Shown here: one piece after another, positions 50,705-61,720 of the stretch
How positions within the stretch are numbered: position 1 is the first letter of the stretch
Layout: each line of letters opens with the position of its first letter
DNA from: Chiloscyllium plagiosum
Taxonomy: Eukaryota
Direction: 5' to 3'
Length of the DNA stretch: 64,000 nt
Assembly: GCF_004010195.1 (NCBI RefSeq)
Contig: NC_057750.1
Coordinates: 1,710,606 to 1,774,605, forward strand
Notes under the pieces: model-generated
The model's database searches: none
Seen by the model: the letters and a program-made list of their open reading frames with translations, nothing else
What the model was told of the DNA's origin: nothing
Position numbers and translations under genes: made by a program

Positions 50705-52942
50705 CCAACTCCTGTGCCCATTGTACTGATCACTGTCCGACGGGGAAGGTTCATCACAGATTGATCTGATTCTGTCCCTGCCACTCTGCACTCCCGGTCC
50801 TGGCACCAAACACAATGAAACGCATTAAAATTTAAAAGTCTCCTCCTCCATATTTCCTTGCAGCATTGGAAAAGCTTCCCGTGGTTCGTTTCATTAATGC
50901 ACCAAGTCACATGACAGTTTGAACTGCACAGAGTGGGAGGGTATTGTGTTAGATTCCAGTCTGTACTGATCTCAGCTAAATGTTCGGGTCCACATCCAAA
51001 TCTTGGAGAATAAAGTCATCAGAAGGTCTGCATCTAATCCCTCTGTGTGCAAGGTAATGTTGCCATAGTCCAAGAGGGCTTCTTTCTCATTAGAGAGGCA
51101 ACTGGTAGTGAGCTTAACCTGAGGATCACCATACCTGAGACAAGAAAGAAGTTGAGAAGGTGGGACCTTTATGGCAATCTCAGCTGGAGAGGGAAATTGA
51201 ACCCAGACTGTAAGCATCATCCTGCATCACAAACCAGCCATTCTCTCAGCTGAGTTAACTGTCATACACAGCTGATGGCATATTCCTAGAGCAGGGACAA
51301 GAATGTCAGAGTGATAAGGAGCCATAGCTCATCCTGTCCCCTTTTCTGAGCTGGGTGAGGGAGGAAGGGGAAGGTAGCAACGGAGCAATGGAACAGGAGC
51401 GGCATGGTGGCTCAGTGATTAGCACTGCTGCCTCACAGCACCAGGAACCTGGGTCTGATTCCACCCTCGGGCAAATCTCTGCGTGGTTTGTGAACGTTCT
51501 CCCCGTGTCTGCATGGGTTTCCTTCAGATGCTTTAAAGATACACAGGCTAAAATTGCCTATAGTCTACAGGGATGTGTATATATTAGCCATGGGAGATGT
51601 GAGGTTGTCAGGATGGTGTGGGTCTAGGTGGGATGCATTTCAGAGGGTCAGTGTGGACTCAATGAGCCGAATGGCCTGCTTCCACACTGTAGGGATCCTA
51701 TGATTCTATGTGTGCAGGGTGGCAGAGACAGAATCAGATCTGTCTGTGATGAACCTTGGTCATCGGACAGTACCCAATACATACAGTGGGCAGAGGAGTT
51801 GGTGAAACAACCCCTTGAAGGTCGGTATCCCATTACCAAGTCACCCTTTATTTCCATGTGTATGGTACATAACATGGACCCAACTTGATCAGCAATTCAC
51901 TGCCTTCAAGACATACAGCACGAGTTACTTTCAACATACATGGAGTCATTGATGTTGGGAAAATACTGGAAATGAAATTTATCACTAATTATAGTATGAC
52001 AGATCATAAACACATTGAAAGAAATGAAATTGAATATTGTTCAGCAGCTAAGTTGAGAACTTTTCATCTCTGAACAAGGCTCAAGGGTCAGAATGCACCA
52101 TGACAACTCTCTGCAACTTTTCTGATCAGCAATAATAAAGCTGAAATCTTCAGCACTGCAGCAAGTCCGCAGTACATTTCTTTTCACTGCCCTCACTATT
52201 CATCCCCGCCAGATCTATCCCTTGCTCCTGTGCACATCATGTACAGAAATAAAAAGAACCGTTCTGAAGCAGTCATGGCCTGAACTTAGTTGTTGTTTAT
52301 GAAAAAGAAACATACAAATTAGGAGCAGGAACAGGCTACTGAATCCCTTCAAGGCTGTCCCACCATTCAATAAGACCACAGCTGATCCGATCTCTATACA
52401 TTCCTGTCTACCTCCAATGATCTTTCACACCTTTTGATTATCAAAAATCTATTGATTACCACCTTAAAAATATTCAAAGATATCGCAGCTACTGTCTTTG
52501 GAGGAAGGGAGTTTCAAAGAGTCACAACCTTCTTATCTCTTGTCTTCAACAGGCATTCCCTTCCTTTTAGACAGTGACACCCCTCCCCTCCCCACCCCCG
52601 CCTCACCACCCCACCCACCCTGCCAGTTCTAGATTCTCCCATAAAAGGAAACATTATTTTCACATACAGCTCGTCAAGGCCTCTCAGGATCAGACATGAA
52701 ATGGGATGCTGAAGGATGGTGTCTGTAGAAGTGGGAGGAGGATTAAGAAACATCTAACGCAACTAACTCTTTATATCAAAGCCAGAAGTCACACAACACC
52801 AGGTTATAGTCCAACAGATTAATTTGAAATCACAAGCTTTTGCCCCTTCATCAGACTCTGAAAGTGTGACTCCTTACTTAATATTAAAGTTTGTGAAAAG
52901 CGGTAGGGTAGCCCACAGCTTTAGAAAATGCAATCTGCTCAC

Positions 52943-52945
52943 CAT
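52943..52945 (-). CDS. GMFG: GMFG coding exon 1 (initiator ATG only)
   Basis: Minus strand reads TTAACATG|GTGAGCAG: ATG directly followed by a consensus donor. It joins in phase 0 to exon 2 (M|SDSL...), as in vertebrate GMF genes. Confidence 0.8.
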
Positions 52946-55331
52946 GTTAATTTCTCTTTTATCTTCACGGTACGGCCTTGACTGCTCAGTCTCGCACTGG
53001 TCTTGTGACAGGATGCTCAGGCAGCTAGTTCCTCAATAATGTTGACAGCAGATATGTAAATTGCAAATTTGCTTTTTAAAAAATGCCTTCTAAAAACAAA
53101 ATTATGATAGCAAATTTTCAAAAATATTCCACGATTTAACAATCTGCATTCATAACCTCCCCACACCTCACAATCAAGAAAACTAATATCAGTTTAAATT
53201 TGTCCGTTTAATGATTGTGCCAAGAGTTACTTCTCCCTGGCATGTGTTGGAGAGAGACAAGACTCACTCAACATCCTGTTTGAGCCACCACAAAGTTGCT
53301 TCAAAGAAATTCTCCGGAACTCTTATTCGGTCTAAAAGTCAATGATCTCTCTCTTGGGCTTTTTCAGTTTTCAAATTAAATTTGCACTTTCGGCAGGTTA
53401 GGGGGTAAGAGAAGAAAAACCAGAGAGCAATTTGGAAGGCAAAAAAAAAATTTCTCATTCCCTCTCTCTCTTTTTGGACAGGTTGCACCGAAACTGGAAG
53501 GACATCAATATCCTGACAGGGGGGCTTGCTAGAGGCACTCAGGACGGTTCAAACCAGAGGGGCAGGAGCACAGAAACCAGAGCAGTAGGCCAGTATGTGG
53601 AGTGATTGAGGAGAAGGAACAGATTAACTCAAGTAAGTTTAATATAAAGAACAGGCAGGGCCAGGTTCATAAGCACGGTGAGATTTGTGATCTGAACTGT
53701 AATTATTTTAAAGCAAGGACAATAGGTAAGGCAGATGAGCTTAGAGCCTGAATCAGCACATGGAACTATGATGCTGTAGCCATTACACAAACTTGGTTAA
53801 GAGTAAGGCAGGAAGGGGCAGCTCAATGTTCCAGAGTTTGGGTGTTTCAGGCGTGATAGGGAACGATGTGAAAGGACTGGGGGAGTTACATTACTGACTG
53901 AGGAGCACGTCAGAACCGCACTGAGAAAATATCTTGGAAGGCTCATCCAATGAGGCCTTATGGGTAGAACTCAAGATTAAGAAAGGTGCAGTCACAATTA
54001 TGGGGTTGTACTACGGGTCTCCCAATAGCCAGCAAGGGTTAGAGGATCAGATATGTAGGCAAATCATGAAAAGATGTGATTGTTGTACTGGATGATTTTA
54101 ATTTCCTCAATATTGAATTGGACTCCCTTAGTGCCAGGGGCTTAGATGGGGCAGAATGCATCCAGGAGGGTTTTTGAAACAATATGTGGATGGTGGAGAA
54201 CTTTGGAAACAGTGATCATAATCCTGTAAGTTTTAAGATAGTTATGGACAAGGATAAAACTGTTCCTCGGGTGAAAGTGTTAGATTGGGGGAAGACTAAT
54301 TACAACAGAATCAGGCAGGAAGTAGCGATATTAGATTGGGGCCTGCTGTTTGAGGGTAAATCCACACCTGATATGTGGGAGTGTTTTAAAAGCCGGTTGA
54401 TCAGAATTCAGGACCAGCATGTTCCCGTGACAACAAAGATAAGGAGAGCAATACTCGGGGACAATGGATAACAAGAAGTATTGAAAACTTTAGTTAAAAG
54501 AAAAAGAAAGCATATGCAAGGTTTGGGAAATGAAACCAGACAAGGCCCTTGAGGAATATAAAAGAAGCAGAAAATAACTTAAACAAGGAATTAGGAGGAC
54601 TGAAAGGGTCATGAACTGTCCTTGGCAAGCAGGATTAAGGAAAATCCCATGGCATTTTATGCATGCATAGGGAGCAAGAGAGTGGCGAGGGAAAGGCTAG
54701 GTCCTGTCAAGGATAAAGGAGGGAATTTATGCATAGAGCCCGATAAAATGGGTGATAAAAGGTCCTTAATGAGTACTTCACATCGGATATAGATGATGGT
54801 AAGATTTGGGAGGAATATGTTGCTATTCTGGGGCATGTTGACATTAAGAAGGCGGAAATGTTGGGTATGTTGAAAACCATTATGGTAGGTAAGTCCCCTA
54901 GACTGATGGGATTTCTCCCAGGATACTGAGGGAGGCCAGGCTGGAGATTGCTGGTGCCTTGACAGATCTTTGTATACATTTTAGCGACAGGTAAGGTCCC
55001 AAAAGACTGGAGAATAGCCAAAGTTGTTCCTTTGTTAAAGAAGGGCAATAGTGATAATCCAGGAAATTAATGGATGTTTAGCCTTACACCAAAGGTAGGG
55101 AAATTATTGGAGAAGATTCTTAGGGACAGGATTTACTTGCGCTTGGACAAGAATGGACTTATTTGGGATAGTCAGCATGCCTTTGAGCAGGGGAGGTGTT
55201 GTCTCACAACCTTGACTGAGATTTTTGATGAAATGACAAAGATAATTGATGAGGGTAGAGCAGTGGATGTTGTCTACATGGACTTTACTGTAGCATTTGA
55301 CAAAGTCCCTCATGGTAGGCTGATCCATTAA

Positions 55332-55975
55332 CAGCACAAAGGTGGAACAAGTGGAGAGTGTCATCCACAACAAGCCTGGGAGTGGTCATCCACAACAAGC
55401 CTTCGTGGACTCTTCATGTGGACGCACTAGTTACAAAGGCCCAACAATGTCTCTTCTTCCTCAGGGAGCTGAGGACATTTGGCATGATGACAAATACACG
55501 TGACAACTTTTATAGGTGCGCCATTGAGAGCACTCTGTCTGGATGTACATTCAAGATCGGAGATGGTTACAGAGAGTGGTGAACTCGGCCCGGACAATCA
55601 CAAAGACCAACCTCCCATCTATAGAATCCAACTACCAGGCCCGCAGTCAAGGAAAGGCCGCCAGCATTCTCAAAGATCCATCCCACCCTGGCAATGGTTT
55701 TCTACAACCTCTACCATTGGGGAGAAGGTACAATAGGCTGTACACATGCACCAGCCAATTTTGAAACGGTTTCTACCCTATTGTTGTTAGAATACTGAAT
55801 GGACTCACAAACTCTTAACATTCACCTGTACCTGTGTTTTTTTGCCTCTGTTTACCGATGATTTACTTACCTATACAACTTAACTCTGTGATCTGCCTGT
55901 ATTGCTCACAAGACAAAGCTTTTCACTGTGCCTCGGTACACGTGATAATAAATTCAATTCAATTCAATTCATTCA
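55332..55975 (+). mobile_element. Rex1/Babar-type LINE 3' end nested in CR1
   Basis: SWTLHVDALVTKAQQCLFFLRELRTF...FYRCAIESTL motif; AATAAA followed by an (ATTCA)n tail. Confidence 0.8.
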
Positions 55976-55989
55976 ATCCAGATGATTAG

Positions 55990-56197
55990 GAGGAAGTAAG
56001 GACTGCAGATGCTGGAGATCAGAGTCAAACAGCATGGTGCTGAAAAAGCACAGTAGTCAGGCAGCATCCGAGGAGCAGAAGAGTCGATGTTTCAAGCATA
56101 AACTTTTCATCAGGAATTTCTGCTCAAAACGTCGACTCTTATTCCTCGAATGTGGCCTGACCGGCTGTGCTTTTCCAGCACCACACTTTTGACTCTG
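55990..56197. mobile_element. Family A Penelope-like inverted pair (degenerate) nested in CR1
   Basis: Inverted GCTG.AAAAGCACAG...GCAGCATCC arms meeting at decayed hammerhead cores. Confidence 0.75.
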
Positions 56198-57634
56198 GTC
56201 CAAAAGATTCACAAGAAATTCACAGTGAGTTGGTAAGTTGGATACAAAATTGGCTTGGTCATAGAAGACAGAGGGTAGTTGTGGTGGGGTATTTTTCTGT
56301 CTGGAGGTCTGTGATCAGTGGCATTCCACAGGATCAGCATGGGATCTCTGCTATTTGCCATAAGTGATTTGAATTAAAATGTGGGTAATCTGATTAGTAT
56401 CTTTGCAAACAACACTGAAGTTGGTGGAATTGTAGACAGTAAGGGAATTTGTCAAACAATACAACAGGATAGAGATCAGTTTGAAAGTTGGGGAAAGAAA
56501 TGATAGAGTTTAATCCGGACAAGTGTGAGGTGATGCATTTTAGGAAGTCAAATATAAGAGGAAAGTATACAGTAAATTGCAAGACCCTTTGGAGCATTGA
56601 GATACAGAGGGGTCTTGTAAGGCAAGCCCATAGCTCCCAGATACTTGATTCATAGATTCATACAGTGCAGAAAAGGCCCTTTGGCTCATCAATCTGCACT
56701 GACGTAACTACCACCAAAAGTGTGTTAATCCCAAAATGATGGTAAAGAAGACACACGGCATGCTTGCCTTCATTGTTTGGGACACTGAGTATAAACGTTG
56801 GCATATCATGTTGCAGCTGTATAAAACGTTAGTCAAGCCACATTGGGAGAATTGTGCGTAGTTCTGGTTGCCACATTATAGGAAGGATGGGGGGCTTTGC
56901 AAAGGGTACAAAAGAGGTTTACCAGAATGTTGCCTGGATTGAAGTGTATTAGCTATAAGGAGGGTTTGGAAAAACTTGGATTGTCTTCATTGGAATGTTA
57001 GAGGCTAAGGAGCAATCTAATAGAAGTAGATAATATTATGACAGACACCGATAGAGAGTTGGACTCTTTTTTTCTAGGATGGAAATATCAAATACTAGAG
57101 GTCATAGGTTTAAGGTGAGAGAGGGAAAGTTTAAAGAAGATGTGCAAGGAAAGTTTATTTTTAGGTGCCTGGAACAAGCTGCCAGGGGAGGTGGTAGAAG
57201 TAGATATGATAGAAAAGGTTAAGAGGCATTCAGACAGATACATGAACAGGAATGAATAAAGGCATATTGGTACAGTGCAGGCTGATGGTATAGTTTAGAA
57301 TGGCATCATGGTTGAAAGGCCTGTTCCTGTCCTGTACTGTTTTACCTTATATGTTCAATTTTACAGAAGAGTCTTCATCCAAATTCTGTTCTTCACCTGG
57401 TCCAAAACAATCACTCAAAGTGCAGTAATCTGCAGGGTTACAGAGATCAGGCTGAAAGCTCTCTTTTTTCAGTAAGCACAGATACGACAGGCTGCATGGC
57501 CTCTTCGTGCCATGAATGTTCAATATTCCTATGCCTTTTTTTACATTTAAAAGGAGTCTTCTTCATCCAAACCAGAGAACATTCATCATTGATACCACTG
57601 GAAATGAATTCTTCTTATATAATTTGTGAAACAT

Positions 57635-58125
57635 GAAAGAGTTCAGAAAAGATTTACAAGGGTGTTGCCAGGGTTGTAGGATTTGAGCTATAGGGAGAAG
57701 TTGAACAGGCTGGGGCTGTTCTCTCTGAAGCGTCGGAGACTGAGGGGTGACCTCCTAGAGGTTTATAAAATCATGAGGGGCATGGATAGGATTAATAGAC
57801 AAAGTGTTTTCCCTGGGATGAAGGAATCCAGAACTAGAGAGCATAGGTTTAGGGTGAGAGGGGAAAGGTATAAAATGGTCGTAAGGGGCAACGTTTTCAC
57901 GCAGAGGATGGTGCGTTATTAGAATGAGCTGCCAGAGGAAATAGTGGAGGCTGGTACAATTGCAACATTTAAAATTCATCTGGACAGGTATATGAATAGG
58001 AAGGGTTTAGACGGATATGGGTCAAGTGCAGGCAAATGGAACTATACTAGGTTAGGATATCTGGTCGGCATGGGTGAGTTGGACCAAAGGGTCTGTTTTT
58101 GTGCTGTACATCTCTATGACTCTAT
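57635..58125 (+). mobile_element. CR1 LINE 3' fragment (another at 60770-61020)
   Basis: SYREKLNRLGLFSLKRRRLRGDL motif. Confidence 0.9.
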
Positions 58126-61100
58126 AAGTGTCATCAGAAATCATCACCTTCATCAGGAGTAAAGGGTGTTCGTCAATAAAGCAAAGACTAACCAAAGTCA
58201 AATCAAATCTAGAATCAGTGCATTGCCGTGATTTGATTTTATTTTAGATATTTTTAATAAACTTGTTCAGAGATGTTGTAATATGCCTCTGGAGCAGCTG
58301 GGGCTTTAACCATGCATCCTGACCAAGAGGTAGGGACATTACCACTACACTACTGTTTGCTTAAATGGAAGGCTATCCTCATGTCTGCAGTAACACAAAA
58401 AGTCACGTAAATTCTAAGCCCTGCAGTAGAATTAGCAATGCTGAAATTTGCCTGCCACACACCACCAAAAAGTTAACTGGCGACTCTTCTCATTGTTCTT
58501 TGTGGGATCTTACTGTGTTTTTTAAATTCACTCGTGGGATGTGGGCATTGCTGATTGGGTCAGCATTTATTGCCTGCCTGTAGTTGCCCCTTGAGAAAGT
58601 GGCGGTAAGCTATTTGAACCACAGCTGTCATGTGGTAGACCCACAATACCATTAGGGAGGGAGTTTCAGGATTTTGACTCAGCAACAGTGGAGGCACAGC
58701 GATGCACTGCACTTCCAAGCCAAGATGGTGAGTGGCTGGGAGGGGAATGTGCTGGGACTGACGTATCCACTGCTCCTGTCCTTCTAGGTATAAGTGGTTG
58801 TGGGTTCAAACAGTGCTGAGGAGACTTTGTGAATTTCTGCAGTGCATCTTGTAAATAGCATACACTGCTGCTACTGGGCATCACTGACGGAGAGGGAATG
58901 TTTGTGTATGCAGAATGAGTTCCTGCATTGTTACACTGTGCAGTTAGAAATATTACTTCAAGTAGAGGGAGGTGAGGAGAATTATTTTGTGCAGCAAGTT
59001 GCTGTGATTTGGAATGTGCTGCCCCAAAGAGTGGCTGAAACAGATTGATAGGAACTTTTTAAAGGGAACTAGATAAATATCTGAAGAAGAAAGTACTGCA
59101 AGTCTATAGGGAAACAGCAGAGGGAGTGAGTATAATTTGTAACACTATTAGAAAACCAGTACAAACACAATGGGTCAAATGGCTTCCTTTTGTGCTATGA
59201 TTAATTGCATACAAAGCAATTTGAGATGCTTGTGAGCAAGGTGATGATGTGAGTCACTGGGCAAATCCAATCCTTATATTTCTTTACTGTCACTGGAAGA
59301 AAGCCAGCAACTTGGAGTGTCCACAGTGCACATTAAACAAGAGGCTACGTGGCTCTTCCCTGTGTCATAGTTGCAACCAGCTGCTTTTAACACTTCCCAT
59401 TTTAGCTTCTTAAAATTTTGCCTTGGGTAGCTTGCACCTGAAAGTAACCCTCCCACCTGAGATTGGTTTTAAATCATCTGTCGACCAAATCAGTCTTTGG
59501 TTCTCCAGTCACACACCATGTTGAGACCTAGTTCTCTCAAACATATACAAGTTGAAAAGATCTTATGATTCAGTCACATGCAATGTAAAAGCTCACCTTA
59601 AAGCAAGTTGCAACATCTTTCAAATAAAATCTTGCTTGCCTATCATCTATACCGTTACTCTCAAACAAACTATCAAATTGCTTTTACCTAATTGGTTACT
59701 GATTTAAAATGCCATACTGTCCAAATTTTTTAACTATATGGGAACCTACTAATGAGTATGCATTGGAGATTCAGGGGAATCAATCATGGAACAAAATGTT
59801 GTATATAAAACTATAAAGGGAGCTTTGCTCTCTATGTACCTAACCCCATGCTGTACCTGTTTAGAGTGTATTTGAAGGGGACAGTGTAGAGAGAGAATTA
59901 CTTTCAGTTTAAGAGAATTGAGAGAGATTTAATCTGTATCAAACCCCATGACTATATCTGCCCTGATATGAACAGTGTAAAGGGAGCTTTATTCTGTATC
60001 TACCCATATACTGTGCCTGCTCTGGGAATGTTTGATGTTAACGTTTGACCAGTGAAATGGGAAAGTTGTATTCTCAGCACAAAAATCGTATAACTTTATG
60101 CACCTTAAAACCTAAATTACAAATTCTTATCAACTTAGGTAAAGAGAATGGGTAGCACATAACAAGGCTGTAATTAATCAGAGCTTTAGTCTCATACTGG
60201 ATGTCATTACCTGGAATATGCTGAAATTAAAATAAAATGCAAAATTGTTTCAGGAAGTTATTTCTTACTTTTTGTAAAGATTGAGTTGAAGTTTAGTTAA
60301 CTCACGAGGCACTTGATTGATTGACCATTGATCTTTAGTCACTGCTCCTGAAGATAATTTTTAAAATTGGCAATCGTTTAAATAAATTAAAAGCCACATT
60401 ATAGAAACATGGATTTGGGTTGGTGAGATTGAAAATGTTTTAGTCTCCAGTTTCCCAATGTTTTATTTTGATTCTAAATGTATGATCTGCCAGTGACCCT
60501 CTGTTAATGGTTGTGTAATGATTGTGGGCAGGACTTAGTCCATTCAAGATCCATTCTGTGAGAAACAAACTGTACAGCACTCATGCCTGAGCTCGCTGAC
60601 TTATAATGACTCCCAGTCCAGAAAAAGCAGTTAAGATTCTCCCCCCTTGTTACTAACTCTTTATAAAGACCTGGTTCCCCTCCTCTTTCCACTGTAACCT
60701 TCTCCTTCTAATTGTGGTCTCTGATTATTTTCCCTGGAGTGTCAGAGGTGAATCATCAAGGTCTTTTAGAGGGCATAGGTTAAAGCTGAGAGAGGAAATA
60801 TTGTTAGGTGGAAGGTGGTACATGTATTGAATGAGATGCCAGAGGAAGTGGTGGAGGCTGGTATAATGACAACATTTAAAAGGCATCTGGATGGGTATAT
60901 GAATAGGAAGGGTTTCGAGGGATATGGGCCAAGTGCTGTCAAATGGGACTAAATATGTTTAGGATATCTGGTCAGCATGGACGAGTTAGGTCAAAAGGTC
61001 TGTTTCAGTGCTGTACATGACCATGCACCCTTGGTAGCATTCCCCTTAATGGCTCTGCTGTGGTTGGAGTGTCCCAAATCTGGTAATCCCTACGTAAAAA

Positions 61101-61259
61101 CTCTTCTCTATAATATTACTGCTCTAAACTTTCACCAAAAATTTATCCTAAAACATCTCATGGGTCGCTCATTCCTCGAATTTTGTTTGATGACCATCCC
61201 ATCATCTCGAGAGGGAAGACATTGCCACTGCGATGACAAGGCGCTATATAAACTCAAGT

Positions 61260-61720
61260 TGTTGTTGTTCGGGATGCGCCCTGAGAGCGATGGGAGGATT
61301 AAGAACTACAACCCCCGGCGTGCCCTGCGCCTCCGCTATCCCATAGTTTCCGGCACACTGTGACATCACGTCCTAATCCCGCCCGCTCCTCCGATGGCAA
61401 CCGAACGTGATGACGGGGCTACCGTAAGATGGACAGCTCGATTAACCAATGGAACCGCGGTAGATGAGAGGGGCAGGCCACAGCACCCATCAATGAGCGA
61501 AGGCCGACGGCGAAGCCCCCATCAAGTTAGTGCGACCTGGCAGGTTTGGCGCGGCCGATTTTCTCCCTCCTTCCCCGCCCCCCCCTCCCTCCCCTTCCGA
61601 CGTGGGGGCCCGCCATTGGAACCCCCCCCCTCCCCCATCATCCACCTCAGCACCACAGGTGAGGAGGGGGGAAAAATCGAGAAAATTCGACGGCGGATGG
61701 GTAAATAATTGATGTTTTTG
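61260..61720 (+). promoter_or_regulatory. CpG-rich promoter and non-coding first exon of a divergent gene (probably SAMD4B by synteny)
   Basis: Most CpG-dense stretch in the window. Contains an ACTACA..CCC ZNF143/THAP11-like motif (~61305), GC boxes, CCAAT (~61446), CRE-like TGACATCA, and a donor CACAG|GTGAGG at 61658/61659. In human, SAMD4B is head-to-head with GMFG. No coding sequence is visible to confirm identity. Confidence 0.7.

Larger units (their letters stand above)
53470..57350 (+). mobile_element. Long decayed CR1 LINE (ORF1 end, APE, RT, 3' UTR) upstream of GMFG, with nested insertions
   Basis: FGNSDHN (APE) and YMDFTVAFDKVPHGRL (RT) motifs; CR1 tail. Confidence 0.9.

Noticed and set aside
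34511..52945. Calling the gene GMFB
   Set aside because: [15 protein letters not shown]...QMV, SKNRLVQ and the FFR C-terminus match GMF-gamma better than GMF-beta.
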